From an uncultured Candidatus Saccharibacteria bacterium (GTDB taxonomy: Bacteria; Patescibacteriota; CAZHWT01): a stretch of DNA of 64,000 nucleotides. Below the pieces are notes generated by a model. It was not told the origin of the DNA, ran no database searches, and was given only the letters and a program-made list of their open reading frames with translations. The stretch spans positions 12,366 to 76,365 of the forward strand of contig CAZKPX010000003.1 in assembly GCA_964554805.1 (NCBI GenBank), read 5' to 3'. The first letter of the stretch is position 1. Every line of letters starts with the position of its first letter. A program made the translations under genes and the position numbers. Shown here in pieces: positions 42,713-52,718 of the stretch.

Positions 42713-45292
42713 ATGACTGATACTGCCCATAAAAAACCTGAATCTGCAGAGGGTGAATCCAAGCCAGTGGTGGCTTATGATTTGATTGCTGTCGGAAATA
42801 CGAAGATTGATATGTTCTTTTCATTTTATCAAGATTCGACTAAGTGGCGAGTAACGCCACGCACTAATGAGTTGGCATTGAAATTGGGTGAAAAGATTGC
42901 AGTTGATCGAAGTGATTATTCGATGGGCGGTAATGCTAATAATGTTAGTGTCGGCTTGTCGCGCCTGGGATATAGTGTGGCTTTGATGGCTGAAATTGGT
43001 GATGATGCCTTTGCTGATGATATTGAGAAAAACCTGCGCGCCGAAGGTGTAAGTAATGCATTGGTGGTCAGAACGCCTGGTTCTCGAACGTCTATCGGAG
43101 TAATTATGAATGTGGATGGTGATCGAACCTTGTTGTCACAACATATGGCTCGCAGTCATCCGTTTAGTTTTGATGGTGTGGCAACGCGGTTGCTATATTT
43201 GACAAGTATCGGTAATGCTTGGGAGCATGTTTACCAGAAGACGGTTGATTTTGCTTTGGCAAATAAGGTGCCGATCGCTTTTAACCCCGGCACAATTCAG
43301 TTGCGTGAACAATCTGAAGCCTTTTGGAAAGTTATAAAACACACTCATATTTTGTGTGTTAATCGAGAAGAAGCTATTAAAATATTGACTGGGGCGCACA
43401 GCAAACTGTTGAAGCGCAAAGAGCCAAGCATTGAAGATATGATGGCTGAATTGGCTGAATTGGGCCCCAAGATCGTCATCGTCACAGATGGTAAAGAGGG
43501 TTCGCATGCTCGGGCTGAAGATGGACGAGTCTTTCATCAAGAGACTATTCCGGCAGTAGTGGTGGAGCGAACTGGGGCAGGGGATGGGTTTATGGCCGGA
43601 GTGCTGGGGGCTGCCTTAAATGGGAAATCTTTGCAGGAAGCTATGCTGTGGGGGACTCGCAATGCGGCAGCAGTGGTCGGCAAGATCGGGGCTCAGGAAG
43701 GCTTGCTGACTCGGGAACAGATGGAGTCGAATATCATGGATATGCGACTGATTGATTTGGGATATAGCGAGCCGCTGATTATTTTGCCGTTTGATCATCG
43801 AGCTGCTTTTGCCAAGTACATGTTTGAGGCGGATGCGACTAAGCTAAAGGCTGATCAGGTGGCCGCAGTTAAGGACTTTAAGGCAGTTATTTACGAAGCT
43901 GTTAAGAAGTCTTTGGATTTGGGTGTGCCGCGTGGATCTGAAGCGATTTTGGTGGATGAGGAAACAGGAACTGAAGTGTTGAAGGATGCAGCCGAAGGAG
44001 ATATGACGACGATCTTGTCGGTTGAAAAGGGCGGTGCAAAAGAGTTTGCCTTCCAATACGGAGCTCAGTACCACCAGCATATCGACAAATTTAAGCCTAC
44101 TTTTACCAAGGCAATGGTTTATTACAATACCGCTGATACTGATGAGCTGAAGAAGCGTCAACAAGCTAAGTTGAAAGAAATCAGTGATTACAGCCATGAG
44201 CGCGGGTACAAGTTTTTGCTCGAAGTGTTGGTCAAGCCGACTGGCAAACAGGTAGAAGATGCTGGTGGTAGCCAGGATGACTTTGATAAGAATCTCAAGG
44301 CGGCTATTATGGTTGACTTGATTGGAGAGCTGCAAGCAGCTGGTGTTGAGCCGGACGTATGGAAGTTGGAAGGCCTGGATAGTGTTGAAGATTATCAAAA
44401 TGTGGTGAAGGCTATTCGGGCTAAGGGGCGAGATAAAGTTGGTTTGGTGGTGCTGGGGCGTGGAGCTAGCAAGGAAAAGGTTGAGAGTTGGCTAGAACTT
44501 GGAGCAGGACTGCCAGGCATTATTGGGTTCTCGGTTGGTCGAACTGTCTTCTGGGATGCTTTGTCGGAATATTATCATAAAAAAGCTTCTCGAGCTGAGA
44601 CAGTGAGTGTTATTGCCAAGAACTTCGCCCATTTTTATGAAGTGTTCAGCCAAAAAGAATCGTCAGTCAACTCGGCTGTTTTGCCGAGCAGCCCCGAAAC
44701 AGAGCAGCTTTTGGCAACTAAGGAAGTTGTCGGTGATGAAGATCCAGGTTTTGTAGTCAATGATCCATTGGACAGCTTGGAAAATTCGCAAATCAATCAT
44801 TCGTTTGCGGTAGAGGCTGTAGCGGAAGAGGCTGCCAAGCCGGCCACTGTTCCATCTTTGGCTGAAGAGCTGTGGATGGGTGGCAGCAAGAATGAGGAAG
44901 ATGGAGCGATGTTGGCTGACAGCAGTGCTACAGTGAAGTCTGAAGTGGGTGGAGTAGAAGTAGAAGAAGTTGAGGCTGCGGAACCTGCAGTAAAAAGCGA
45001 AGTAAAAGGCGAAGTAAAAAGCGAAGTTGAGGCTGCAGATAAAGAGACGACTCCTGCTGTAGACGATGAGGATGATGATTTGCCAATCTGGGCAGTATCT
45101 CGTCAGCAGGCAGTTAAATCAGAAGCTGTGGTGCCGGTGTCGCCTTATGGTGAGCCTGAAGAAGGTGTGTCTAGTCCTGCGCCGGTAGTTGGCGGTTTTT
45201 CGATAGAGCCTTCGTTTGAAGTACCCGAAGATCCTGATAAAGACGGTGGCGAGAAGAAAGGTTTGAAGCGGTTTTTTAGTAAAAAGAAGTAG
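42713..45292 (+). CDS. PfkB-family sugar kinase fused to a DUF2090/LacD-like aldolase domain (IolC-like), with a roughly 200-aa acidic repetitive tail
   Basis: GGNANNVSVGLSRLG and GAGDGFMAGVL ribokinase-like motifs in the N-terminal 330 aa; the middle domain resembles class I aldolase fold proteins; the C-terminus is E/V/K-rich with heptamer-coded VKSEVKGEVKSEV. Confidence 0.6.
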   Translation: MTDTAHKKPESAEGESKPVVAYDLIAVGNTKIDMFFSFYQDSTKWRVTPRTNELALKLGEKIAVDRSDYSMGGNANNVSVGLSRLGYSVALMAEIGDDAFADDIEKNLRAEGVSNALVVRTPGSRTSIGVIMNVDGDRTLLSQHMARSHPFSFDGVATRLLYLTSIGNAWEHVYQKTVDFALANKVPIAFNPGTIQLREQSEAFWKVIKHTHILCVNREEAIKILTGAHSKLLKRKEPSIEDMMAELAELGPKIVIVTDGKEGSHARAEDGRVFHQETIPAVVVERTGAGDGFMAGVLGAALNGKSLQEAMLWGTRNAAAVVGKIGAQEGLLTREQMESNIMDMRLIDLGYSEPLIILPFDHRAAFAKYMFEADATKLKADQVAAVKDFKAVIYEAVKKSLDLGVPRGSEAILVDEETGTEVLKDAAEGDMTTILSVEKGGAKEFAFQYGAQYHQHIDKFKPTFTKAMVYYNTADTDELKKRQQAKLKEISDYSHERGYKFLLEVLVKPTGKQVEDAGGSQDDFDKNLKAAIMVDLIGELQAAGVEPDVWKLEGLDSVEDYQNVVKAIRAKGRDKVGLVVLGRGASKEKVESWLELGAGLPGIIGFSVGRTVFWDALSEYYHKKASRAETVSVIAKNFAHFYEVFSQKESSVNSAVLPSSPETEQLLATKEVVGDEDPGFVVNDPLDSLENSQINHSFAVEAVAEEAAKPATVPSLAEELWMGGSKNEEDGAMLADSSATVKSEVGGVEVEEVEAAEPAVKSEVKGEVKSEVEAADKETTPAVDDEDDDLPIWAVSRQQAVKSEAVVPVSPYGEPEEGVSSPAPVVGGFSIEPSFEVPEDPDKDGGEKKGLKRFFSKKK

Positions 45293-45315
45293 GGGTTGTT
45301 ACCTGCATGAAGTGG

Positions 45316-46038
45316 TTAAAGGTTAAAATCTGACCAACCTCGGAGGTTATCGCCCCAGAGAACCTCCGAGGTTGGTTTGTTTGTGGCTAGGAGTCTTTGG
45401 TAATCTGCGTTGTCCGTTATAAAGCGAAGATAGCTTTGTTTAGAAGGGAATTCGCATAATATAGAAGTGTTATCACAAGAAGATGCCAGCTTTGATGAAG
45501 CTTGCTCTGAGATATAGGCTGATATAGATGACCATGGGTATGCTAGGCAGCCTTCCACTGTTTTGCTAATCGAACTTGCGTACGGATTTAGATGAATATA
45601 TCTTGATGTATGGAGGAGTTGTTCTTTGCTGCTGATATGTACGGCCTTGAATTGTGTGGAGAAAAGAGGGCCTTGGCGTTTATTCAGCTGATTAAAGTAC
45701 TTGGTGTAGCTGTTTTGAAATAGACTGAGATAGTGAGAAATTCCATTTTGGCTATTTTGTCTTAACAGTAAGTGGAAATGATTTGGCATAAGACAGTAGG
45801 CGATAATATCAACTTTTTGATCTGCGTTATTGTTATTGCTGAGCAGCCCACTCCTTGCGATTAGGGTCTGTCGAATATAGCTACTGAAGCTGATGGGCTG
45901 CGACTTAAGGTAGAACTCAAGTGTGCTCATTGCTCGCTGATAGTGAAGATTGCTGGCAAAGGTTAGTTGGTGATTCTGGCCTCTATTATAGACATGGTAT
46001 ATCTGGCCGTTTTGTAGGGGGAGTTGTCGACGAGGCAT
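45316..46038 (-). CDS. REP-associated tyrosine transposase (RAYT; IS200-like Y1 transposase)
   Basis: YHVYNRG, LMPNHFHLL (HuH) and RYIHLNP (catalytic Tyr region) motifs. Confidence 0.75.
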   Translation of the reverse strand: MPRRQLPLQNGQIYHVYNRGQNHQLTFASNLHYQRAMSTLEFYLKSQPISFSSYIRQTLIARSGLLSNNNNADQKVDIIAYCLMPNHFHLLLRQNSQNGISHYLSLFQNSYTKYFNQLNKRQGPLFSTQFKAVHISSKEQLLHTSRYIHLNPYASSISKTVEGCLAYPWSSISAYISEQASSKLASSCDNTSILCEFPSKQSYLRFITDNADYQRLLATNKPTSEVLWGDNLRGWSDFNL

Positions 46039-46150
46039 AAAATGGGTGCTTTATATGATGTGTTCTAGCTCATATAACTAAGATAGTCAACAACTAAGCA
46101 TGTGAACCTCGGAGGTTGTCTGGGTTGTGAACCTCCGAGGTTGGTTAATT
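45338..46150. mobile_element. RAYT gene bracketed on both sides by paired AACCTCGGAGGTT/AACCTCCGAGGTT hairpin-forming repeats (BIME-like)
   Basis: CCAACCTCGGAGGTT...AACCTCCGAGGTTGG at 45340-45385 and GAACCTCGGAGGTT...GAACCTCCGAGGTTGG at 46098-46150. Confidence 0.65.
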
Positions 46151-46345
46151 TTTCATAAAACAAAAGACCCGCTTGGTGGAGTCGGGCCTTTTGAGGGTAT
46201 AGTATAGCAGGTTTTAGCAAATATTGCTTGGTTACTGATAAGACTTAGGATTTAGTCCGCCGGTTGGCGGATTAGGATTTGGGATTTAGGAATAAGATAT
46301 TAAACCTCTACATCCTCAACCTCTACATCCCGCCGAGCTATCTGT

Positions 46346-48010
46346 TTACCAGGATTGGCGGATGTGGTCCATGGCGAACTTTTGATCAGGGTTGACCTTT
46401 TTGCGAGGGTTGAACATGTTGGTTGGGTCGAAAATATCCTTAGTTTGGGCAAATAGCTTGGTTATTTTTTTGCCATACATCAATTCGAGATACGGGGTAC
46501 GAACCAAGCCGTCGTTATGCTCGCTATCGATGGTGCCTTCGTAGTCTTCGACTACCATTTTATAGACTTGCTCGCTGATGATCGGGATGGCTTTGCGCAT
46601 CTTAGGATCTTCAATCTTCATCAGAGGGATGATGTGGAAGTTGCCATCGCCAACGTGGCCGGCTACGGTATAGATCATTTGAGGGTACTTCTTAAATATC
46701 TTGGCGATCTTGGGCATAAACTCGCCGAGATATTTAGGGTTAATAGAGAAGTCATCAATGAATGGGGCAGTGTGCATGTTTTGGATCTTTTTGCGAAGCA
46801 GGCTGAAGCTATCTCGACGGATTAACCAGTACTTGAGGGATTCATCGTCAACAGCGATACGAGTCATCTCGTTTAGCGGCTCTAGAGCGCGTTGTAAAAG
46901 CTCCATTTTGTGTTCGAGTAGTAGAGCGTCATCGCCGGTAAATTCGATTTGGAGAACCAGTTTGGGGAGCTTGCGACGGCTGGCAACTAGCATGAATTCG
47001 GGCATGAACTTGATACCGGTGCCGATAATACCTTTGGCGCCTAGCATTTTGGCGAATTCAGGGAAGAATTTGAGAGCTAATTTAAGGGTATTGTCATCAT
47101 ATGACTCGAAGGTTTCTGGTCCGACTTTGAGAGTTTCTTCGATAATGGCGCCGAGATTCTTGAGGTCATACATGAAGATGACCATCATGCGCTGGTGTTT
47201 GGTGGTTTTGACGAGTTTGGTTTGACCTTCTGTCATCAGACCAAGGGTGCCTTGTGCTCCAACCAGCAGTTTCGTTAAGTCAAAAATACCTTTTTCTTTA
47301 TCCCAGACATTCCAGAGGAAGTAGCCGGCTGAGTTCTTGGATACTTTGGGTTTGGCAGCCATGATGGCATCATAGTTATCTTCGATAAGCTGGTGCATTT
47401 CACGGTAAATATGACCTTCAAGGTCCTTTTTCTTCTTTTTGGCAGCTAGCTGGTCCATGGTTAATGGTTCAAAGGTATATTCTTTGCCGTCGCTTAGGAC
47501 TGCTTTGACCTGGGTTATGAAATTTTCAGTTTTGCCGTATTGGTATGATTTTTCTCCACCTGAGTTGTTGTTGACGATACCGCCCATGGCACACAGCATG
47601 CGAGAGGCGGGGTAGGATGGGAAAATAAGTTCGCTTTTGAGCGATTCAGCTTCAAAATCTCGATAATAGACACCTGGCTGGAAGGTGGCCATCATGTTCT
47701 TGGCATCGATGGTTGGTTTGTCGTTGAAATGTTGGGTGAAGGAGACAATGATTGAGTCATTGATGGAGCCGCCGCCCATATCTGTGCCGGCTGAGCGACC
47801 GGTCAAGGACAATTCCGGGTGGTCTTTTTTGTGTGCATTAACAAAATCGACCAAGGTCTGTAGATCTTTGACATCTTTGGGGCAAACAACCACCTGAGGA
47901 CGAACCTCATAGAGACTAGTGTCGTGGCTGTATTCGGTTAAGGTTTGATCGTCAGTTAGGACTTCGCCTTTGATAGTTTTTTTGAGTTGATCTAGTAAAA
48001 TTTGGTCCAT
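46346..48010 (-). CDS. FAD-binding oxidoreductase (GlcD/D-lactate dehydrogenase-like, FAD-linked oxidase)
   Basis: FAD PCMH-type N-domain composition; GHVGDGNFHI C-terminal motif. Confidence 0.75.
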   Translation of the reverse strand: MDQILLDQLKKTIKGEVLTDDQTLTEYSHDTSLYEVRPQVVVCPKDVKDLQTLVDFVNAHKKDHPELSLTGRSAGTDMGGGSINDSIIVSFTQHFNDKPTIDAKNMMATFQPGVYYRDFEAESLKSELIFPSYPASRMLCAMGGIVNNNSGGEKSYQYGKTENFITQVKAVLSDGKEYTFEPLTMDQLAAKKKKKDLEGHIYREMHQLIEDNYDAIMAAKPKVSKNSAGYFLWNVWDKEKGIFDLTKLLVGAQGTLGLMTEGQTKLVKTTKHQRMMVIFMYDLKNLGAIIEETLKVGPETFESYDDNTLKLALKFFPEFAKMLGAKGIIGTGIKFMPEFMLVASRRKLPKLVLQIEFTGDDALLLEHKMELLQRALEPLNEMTRIAVDDESLKYWLIRRDSFSLLRKKIQNMHTAPFIDDFSINPKYLGEFMPKIAKIFKKYPQMIYTVAGHVGDGNFHIIPLMKIEDPKMRKAIPIISEQVYKMVVEDYEGTIDSEHNDGLVRTPYLELMYGKKITKLFAQTKDIFDPTNMFNPRKKVNPDQKFAMDHIRQSW

Positions 48011-48036
48011 GGGAGAGTCCTTTTAGGATTTAGGGT

Positions 48037-49038
48037 TTAGGGTTTAGGGGCTTTTCTTTTGATGACTGTTTGGGCGGCTTTTTGAATAGCTGGGACATCC
48101 ATGCGGTATTTGGTAAGTAATTGTTCAGGAGTGCCTGATTCGGCAAAGGTATCCTGAAGGCCGATACGCTCGAGTGGTAGTGGATGATGCTGGGCTAGAA
48201 TTTCGGCAATCATACTGCCGAGACCGCCGGTGGTCTGATGATCTTCGACGGTGACGACTGCGCCGGATTGGGCGGCTAGCTCTACAACTTGTTTGGCGTC
48301 GACTGGCTTAATCGAGGCGACGTTTATGACTAGAGAATCGACGCCGAGTGTTTCGAGGCCTTTGGCTGCCAGTAGAGCATAGTAGGTCATGTAGCCGCAG
48401 GAAAAAATGGTGACTTGAGGATTGTCTGAAATCCAGAATGCACCTAGTTCGCCAATAGTAAAAGGAGTTTTGTCGGTGGTGATAACCGGGGTTTTGTCTC
48501 GGCTGTATCGGAGGTAAAATGGGCCATCAGTTTGGCCGGCCGCGATGGTGGCTTTGGTTGATTCGATGCTGTCGCAGGGGGCAAGCACGGTCATTCCAGG
48601 CCAGCAGCGAGTAATAGCGATATCTTCAGTGGCTTGGTGAGTGGCGCCGTCAGGGCCGGTCATGATGCCGGCATGGTGACCAGCTACTTTGACATTGGCA
48701 TTGTTGTAGACGGCGGTAGTGCGGATAGTCTCCCAATTTTTGCCAGGAGAAAAGGCGGCATAGGAGGCGATAAAGGGGATTTTGCCAGTGACAGCCATGC
48801 CGGCAGCCACGGAGGCCATGTTTTGCTCAGCCACACCGACCTGCACAAAACGTTCCGGATATTGTTTGGCAAAGGCATCTGAACGGGTGGATTCGGTCAA
48901 ATCAGCAGTAATAGCGACAACATTAGGATTTGTTTCACCCAGAGACATAAGACCTAAGCCATAGCCGTCACGAACAGGTTTTTTGTCGACGGTTGGTTCA
49001 AATATATCTGGATTTAAGTGGAGTTTAGGGTTAAGCAT
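48037..49038 (-). CDS. transketolase, C-terminal (pyrimidine-binding) subunit
   Basis: ...FIASYAAFSPG...; follows the N-terminal subunit gene; ATG at 49038. Confidence 0.85.
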   Translation of the reverse strand: MLNPKLHLNPDIFEPTVDKKPVRDGYGLGLMSLGETNPNVVAITADLTESTRSDAFAKQYPERFVQVGVAEQNMASVAAGMAVTGKIPFIASYAAFSPGKNWETIRTTAVYNNANVKVAGHHAGIMTGPDGATHQATEDIAITRCWPGMTVLAPCDSIESTKATIAAGQTDGPFYLRYSRDKTPVITTDKTPFTIGELGAFWISDNPQVTIFSCGYMTYYALLAAKGLETLGVDSLVINVASIKPVDAKQVVELAAQSGAVVTVEDHQTTGGLGSMIAEILAQHHPLPLERIGLQDTFAESGTPEQLLTKYRMDVPAIQKAAQTVIKRKAPKP

Positions 49039-49059
49039 GGTGGTAATTAAAATTTCAAA

Positions 49060-49152
49060 GTCAAAAGGCAAAGGGCAAAGGGTAAAAGTGTATCATTAAT
49101 TTTTTGATTTTTTGAATTTAATTTTTGACATTTAATTTTTACCTTTTGACTT
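49060..49152. repeat. heptamer-array inverted-repeat element (AAAGGCA/AAGGGCA ... AT-rich ... TACCTTTTGAC)
   Basis: same family as the 16241 and 30380 elements. Confidence 0.6.
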
Positions 49153-49156
49153 ATCT

Positions 49157-50020
49157 TTATTGGTGTTCGCTCTTGATGCGGCCACCAAGGGTGCGGAGTT
49201 GAGATAGGGCATCTTTGGCCTGATCAGTGTTAGGTGGCTTGCCGTGCCAGGTGTAATCACGCTCCATAAAATCAACGCCTTTGCCCGGAATGGTGTTGGC
49301 GATGATGACGGTAGGCTTGTCGGTGATTGACTGAGCGTATCGGCAGGCGTCAACAATGGCTTCCATATTGTGGCCGTCGATTGTCAGAACCTCCCAGTTG
49401 AAGGCTCGGTACTTTTCAGCAAAGTTTTCCATAGGGAGGATATCTTCGGTGGACCCATCGATTTGAATGCCGTTACGATCAATGATGACGGTTAGATTGT
49501 CGAGGCGATATTTGGCGGCTAGCATAATTGATTCCCAGATATTGCCTTCTTGGTGATCGCCGTCGGATGACATGCAGAAGGTGTGAAACTTTTTGCCATC
49601 CATTTTGGCGGCCAAAGCGATGCCGACTGATTGGCCTAGGCCTTCACCAAGAGGGCCAGAGGTGTTTTCGATGCCGGGCAAAAGAGTCCGATGAGGATGA
49701 CCTTGCAGACGTGAATCTAACTTTCGGAGAGTTTGTAGCTCTTTGATAGGGTAGTAGCCTGATTGGGCCAGAGACACATACAAGATGGGGCAAATATGGC
49801 CGTTGGATAGAATGAGACGATCTCGGTCAGCCCAGTCTGGTTGTTTGGGATTGTGATTGAGGACGTGAAAATAGAGGGCGGTAAATATATCAGCCATGCC
49901 CAGAGGTCCAGCTGAGTGGCCTGAACCAGCTGTCAGGAGAGTTTCGATTAATAATTCGCGAGCTTGGTTAGCTTTTAGCTCTAATTCTTGGAGTTTTTGT
50001 GGGTAGACTTCAGTAATCAT
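49157..50020 (-). CDS. transketolase, N-terminal (TPP-binding) subunit
   Basis: GHSAGPLGMADIFTALY and GDG...EG motifs. Confidence 0.85.
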   Translation of the reverse strand: MITEVYPQKLQELELKANQARELLIETLLTAGSGHSAGPLGMADIFTALYFHVLNHNPKQPDWADRDRLILSNGHICPILYVSLAQSGYYPIKELQTLRKLDSRLQGHPHRTLLPGIENTSGPLGEGLGQSVGIALAAKMDGKKFHTFCMSSDGDHQEGNIWESIMLAAKYRLDNLTVIIDRNGIQIDGSTEDILPMENFAEKYRAFNWEVLTIDGHNMEAIVDACRYAQSITDKPTVIIANTIPGKGVDFMERDYTWHGKPPNTDQAKDALSQLRTLGGRIKSEHQ

Positions 50021-50089
50021 GGGCAGTGTTTGTTAAGGAGAAGGTATAAGAAGAAGTGAGAAGAGGTGCTCTTTCAGTTGTTCTTGTGG

Positions 50090-51379
50090 CTACTTTTCAC
50101 CTTTAATGACAATAAACAGGTCGGCGACGTTGGATGGAAGCCTGCCTGTTTGTATAGTATCGCCTGTTTCAGTGAAAAAGGCAAGGCTATCGTGACGGTT
50201 GAGATGGTCTTGGATATCAACATTCTTGGTCTGAGCCTTGGCAATGGTGTTGGTGTCGCCGATGGCGCCGGCTGCCGGAGTATTATCCCAGCCATCAGAG
50301 GCAAAGGATATTACTACCTGGTCAGGTTGTATATGTTGGAGTGAGCCAAGGACTACTTCTTGATTACGGCCGCCTGTACCATTGGCATCACTGCTAACAG
50401 TAACGGTTGTTTCGCCACCGGCTAGAGTGATTTGGCCTGGCTGAGTAATGTCTAAGAGCTGTTTGGCCACTTGACTGGCTTCACCTTGGAAATGGTTGGA
50501 GTGAATAGTGGCAGTAAGGCCGAGCTCGGTGGCTTTGGCTTGCATGGCTTGGAGAGCTGTATCGTTGCTGAGGACGAGAATATTGTGGATGTTGGCGAAA
50601 TATTGGTCATCTTTGGGTGTTTCGGTGAAGCTGTCAGGGGTTAACGGAGAATTTTCGCCTAATTTGAATCGCTCAAGGAGAGCCAGGGCATCTTGAATGG
50701 TGGTGGGATCTTTGACGGTTGGGCCTGAAGCGATGACATTGAGGTCGTTGCCTGGTACGTCGGAGAAGAGCAGGTTGGCAACTGTAGCCGGGTGTACGAC
50801 ATGGGCTAGACCGCCACCTTTGACCTTGGAGATATGTTTGCGAACAGTGTTCATCTCAGAAATAGTGGCGCCAGCCTTGAGCAGAGCTTTGTTAACGGCG
50901 ATAATACCATCTAAATCAAGTGATTGGGGAGCTTCGAACATGGCTGAGCCGCCTCCGCAGGTAACGACAATGACAAGGTCTTTATCTGTTAGGTTACCAA
51001 GGGCTTCAACGACGGTATGGGTAAAGTCTAGGTTGGCTTGGGAAGGGAGCGGATGATTGCCGAGAGTGAATTTGATTTTTGAAAAGGTGACTTCGGTGAC
51101 ATCAACAACCCAGCCTTCAGTTAGTGAATCGCCGAGTTCTTGCTCGATGAGCAGAGAGATGTTGGCTGAACCTTTGCCAAAACCGACTAGGTAGACATTG
51201 TTGAATTGAGATAGATCAAAGCTTTGCTGGCCTAATTTAAGGATACTGTCTTGTTTCGAAATATTTTGTTTAACGGCGAAATCGGGCTGGATGGCTTGAT
51301 AGGCGGCTTCGATAAGATCTAGGGCAACTTGGCGTTGCTTGGAAGTGGCTAACTGGGAATGGTTTTGGATGTAGCTCAT
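50090..51379 (-). CDS. glycerate 2-kinase (MOFRL family)
   Basis: VTCGGGSAMFEAP (the family SGGGSAL motif); 429 aa. Confidence 0.7.
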   Translation of the reverse strand: MSYIQNHSQLATSKQRQVALDLIEAAYQAIQPDFAVKQNISKQDSILKLGQQSFDLSQFNNVYLVGFGKGSANISLLIEQELGDSLTEGWVVDVTEVTFSKIKFTLGNHPLPSQANLDFTHTVVEALGNLTDKDLVIVVTCGGGSAMFEAPQSLDLDGIIAVNKALLKAGATISEMNTVRKHISKVKGGGLAHVVHPATVANLLFSDVPGNDLNVIASGPTVKDPTTIQDALALLERFKLGENSPLTPDSFTETPKDDQYFANIHNILVLSNDTALQAMQAKATELGLTATIHSNHFQGEASQVAKQLLDITQPGQITLAGGETTVTVSSDANGTGGRNQEVVLGSLQHIQPDQVVISFASDGWDNTPAAGAIGDTNTIAKAQTKNVDIQDHLNRHDSLAFFTETGDTIQTGRLPSNVADLFIVIKGEK

Positions 51380-51714
51380 AAAATAAGCGTACAGCTGTAA
51401 GGGGCAAGCGTCAAGTCTCTCCTATAGGACCTGCACCTGACAACTTGCTAGTAAGTGCTCTAAATCTAACTTGATGTTTGAAACACGAACCCGGTGCGTT
51501 ATGCCGGGTTCGTGTTATGGTTGGTTGTTATTTGAAACAATTAATAAATCAGGTAGTTGTTTTTGCTGTAGATTTAAAGGCAACTTCTGAGTAACTGTTA
51601 TCTTTTTAGTTGATGAAGGATTTTCGGTTATTTGCTACATGGGTTGATTTGAATATTGTGGGGTGTGATATAGTATGGCGGATGTTGGGAGCGCTCTCAT
51701 GAGAGGAGATTGAA

Positions 51715-52245
51715 ATGTGCTCTGGTGTACCTATACCTGCTAGTGTGGCTGTGGCAGCTTGTGCTGACTACCCGTCATTAGTTGTGGACGAAGGCCTGCT
51801 CGAGGAAGTGGAGGCCATGTCAAAACTGCAGTTTGATAAGCGCAAGTCTACACTAACGCGGCGACTGCGAGACCTAGATCTGCATGTTGAGCGACTTGGA
51901 ACGGGCGCACTGGGCCTCTTTTGCCAGGTGGAGCTCGACGATAAGTTCTATCTCGTTCGCGCCATGATGTGGCCTCACCTAGTAAGGGATTTTCAGCCAG
52001 TTGTAGATGGCCGGGGCATGTTTCTGGGTGAGATGATCGGAAAAACTACGGAAGAAGTTCTAGTGCGGCCGCGCGAACTGGGTCTTATCTTTCCTGATAA
52101 CAAGTACTTCCCGACCGACTCACTGCGGCAAGCTTTGACGGACAAAATTTCTGTTGCTTGTCAGGAGAAGCTGCCCTTAAGGGTGATTGTGGACCATCCT
52201 AGCTGTGGTCGAGGAGTTTTTAGCCGAGTCATGAGGCGGGCTTAG
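51715..52245 (+). CDS. hypothetical protein (176 aa)
   Basis: ribosome-binding site GAGAGGAG; extended -10 TGaTATAGT at 51666-51674. Confidence 0.4.
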   Translation: MCSGVPIPASVAVAACADYPSLVVDEGLLEEVEAMSKLQFDKRKSTLTRRLRDLDLHVERLGTGALGLFCQVELDDKFYLVRAMMWPHLVRDFQPVVDGRGMFLGEMIGKTTEEVLVRPRELGLIFPDNKYFPTDSLRQALTDKISVACQEKLPLRVIVDHPSCGRGVFSRVMRRA

Positions 52246-52439
52246 ATTAAGGAGTAGAGATTGGAGGTGTCGTTAGCTTTGACTGACGGCACCTCGAATC
52301 GTTTATATCAGATTTTGATATAAACTTATTTAATCTATTTTATTTCTATGATAGTAGAATACTTATAGACTGAGTAACTGTTTTATAAAGTGATGATAAC
52401 CCGGAGATACGACGTCGTTGTCGTAGTCCGGGCTATTTG

Positions 52440-52718
52440 TTAATCGGCGGCCAGCAGTTCATGCTGATCATGTTCGATTGAGTGTGAGTGCGTCTGGCGA
52501 TGCTGACGAAGGGCTTCGATGCACTGGGTCAGCAGCTCGGGAACACTTTCGTTGCGTTCGGTTCTGACGATGTGATGGCCGACGGCTTGATGACAGTGGT
52601 CGCACTGCCAGATGTGAACGGTGGTCTTGGCCACCATGCGGCCCTGAGAGTCTACTTCGGGCCAGCTAAAACCTGCAAACGCATCGGTGCCACGCGTACG
52701 ATTGATTGGGTTAGCCAT
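52440..52718 (-). CDS. small Cys/His-rich protein, paralogue of the 33183..33485 ORF
   Basis: MANPINRT... start (second in-frame Met of the track ORF); CDHCHQAVGHH and HSHSIEHDQH clusters. Confidence 0.4.
   Translation of the reverse strand: MANPINRTRGTDAFAGFSWPEVDSQGRMVAKTTVHIWQCDHCHQAVGHHIVRTERNESVPELLTQCIEALRQHRQTHSHSIEHDQHELLAAD

Noticed and set aside
48023-48050. TTTAGGG x3 telomere-like repeat as a linear-replicon telomere
   Set aside because: Only three units, located in a 26-nt spacer between two convergently arranged chromosomal genes. It fits the general heptamer-repeat habit of this genome rather than a telomere.
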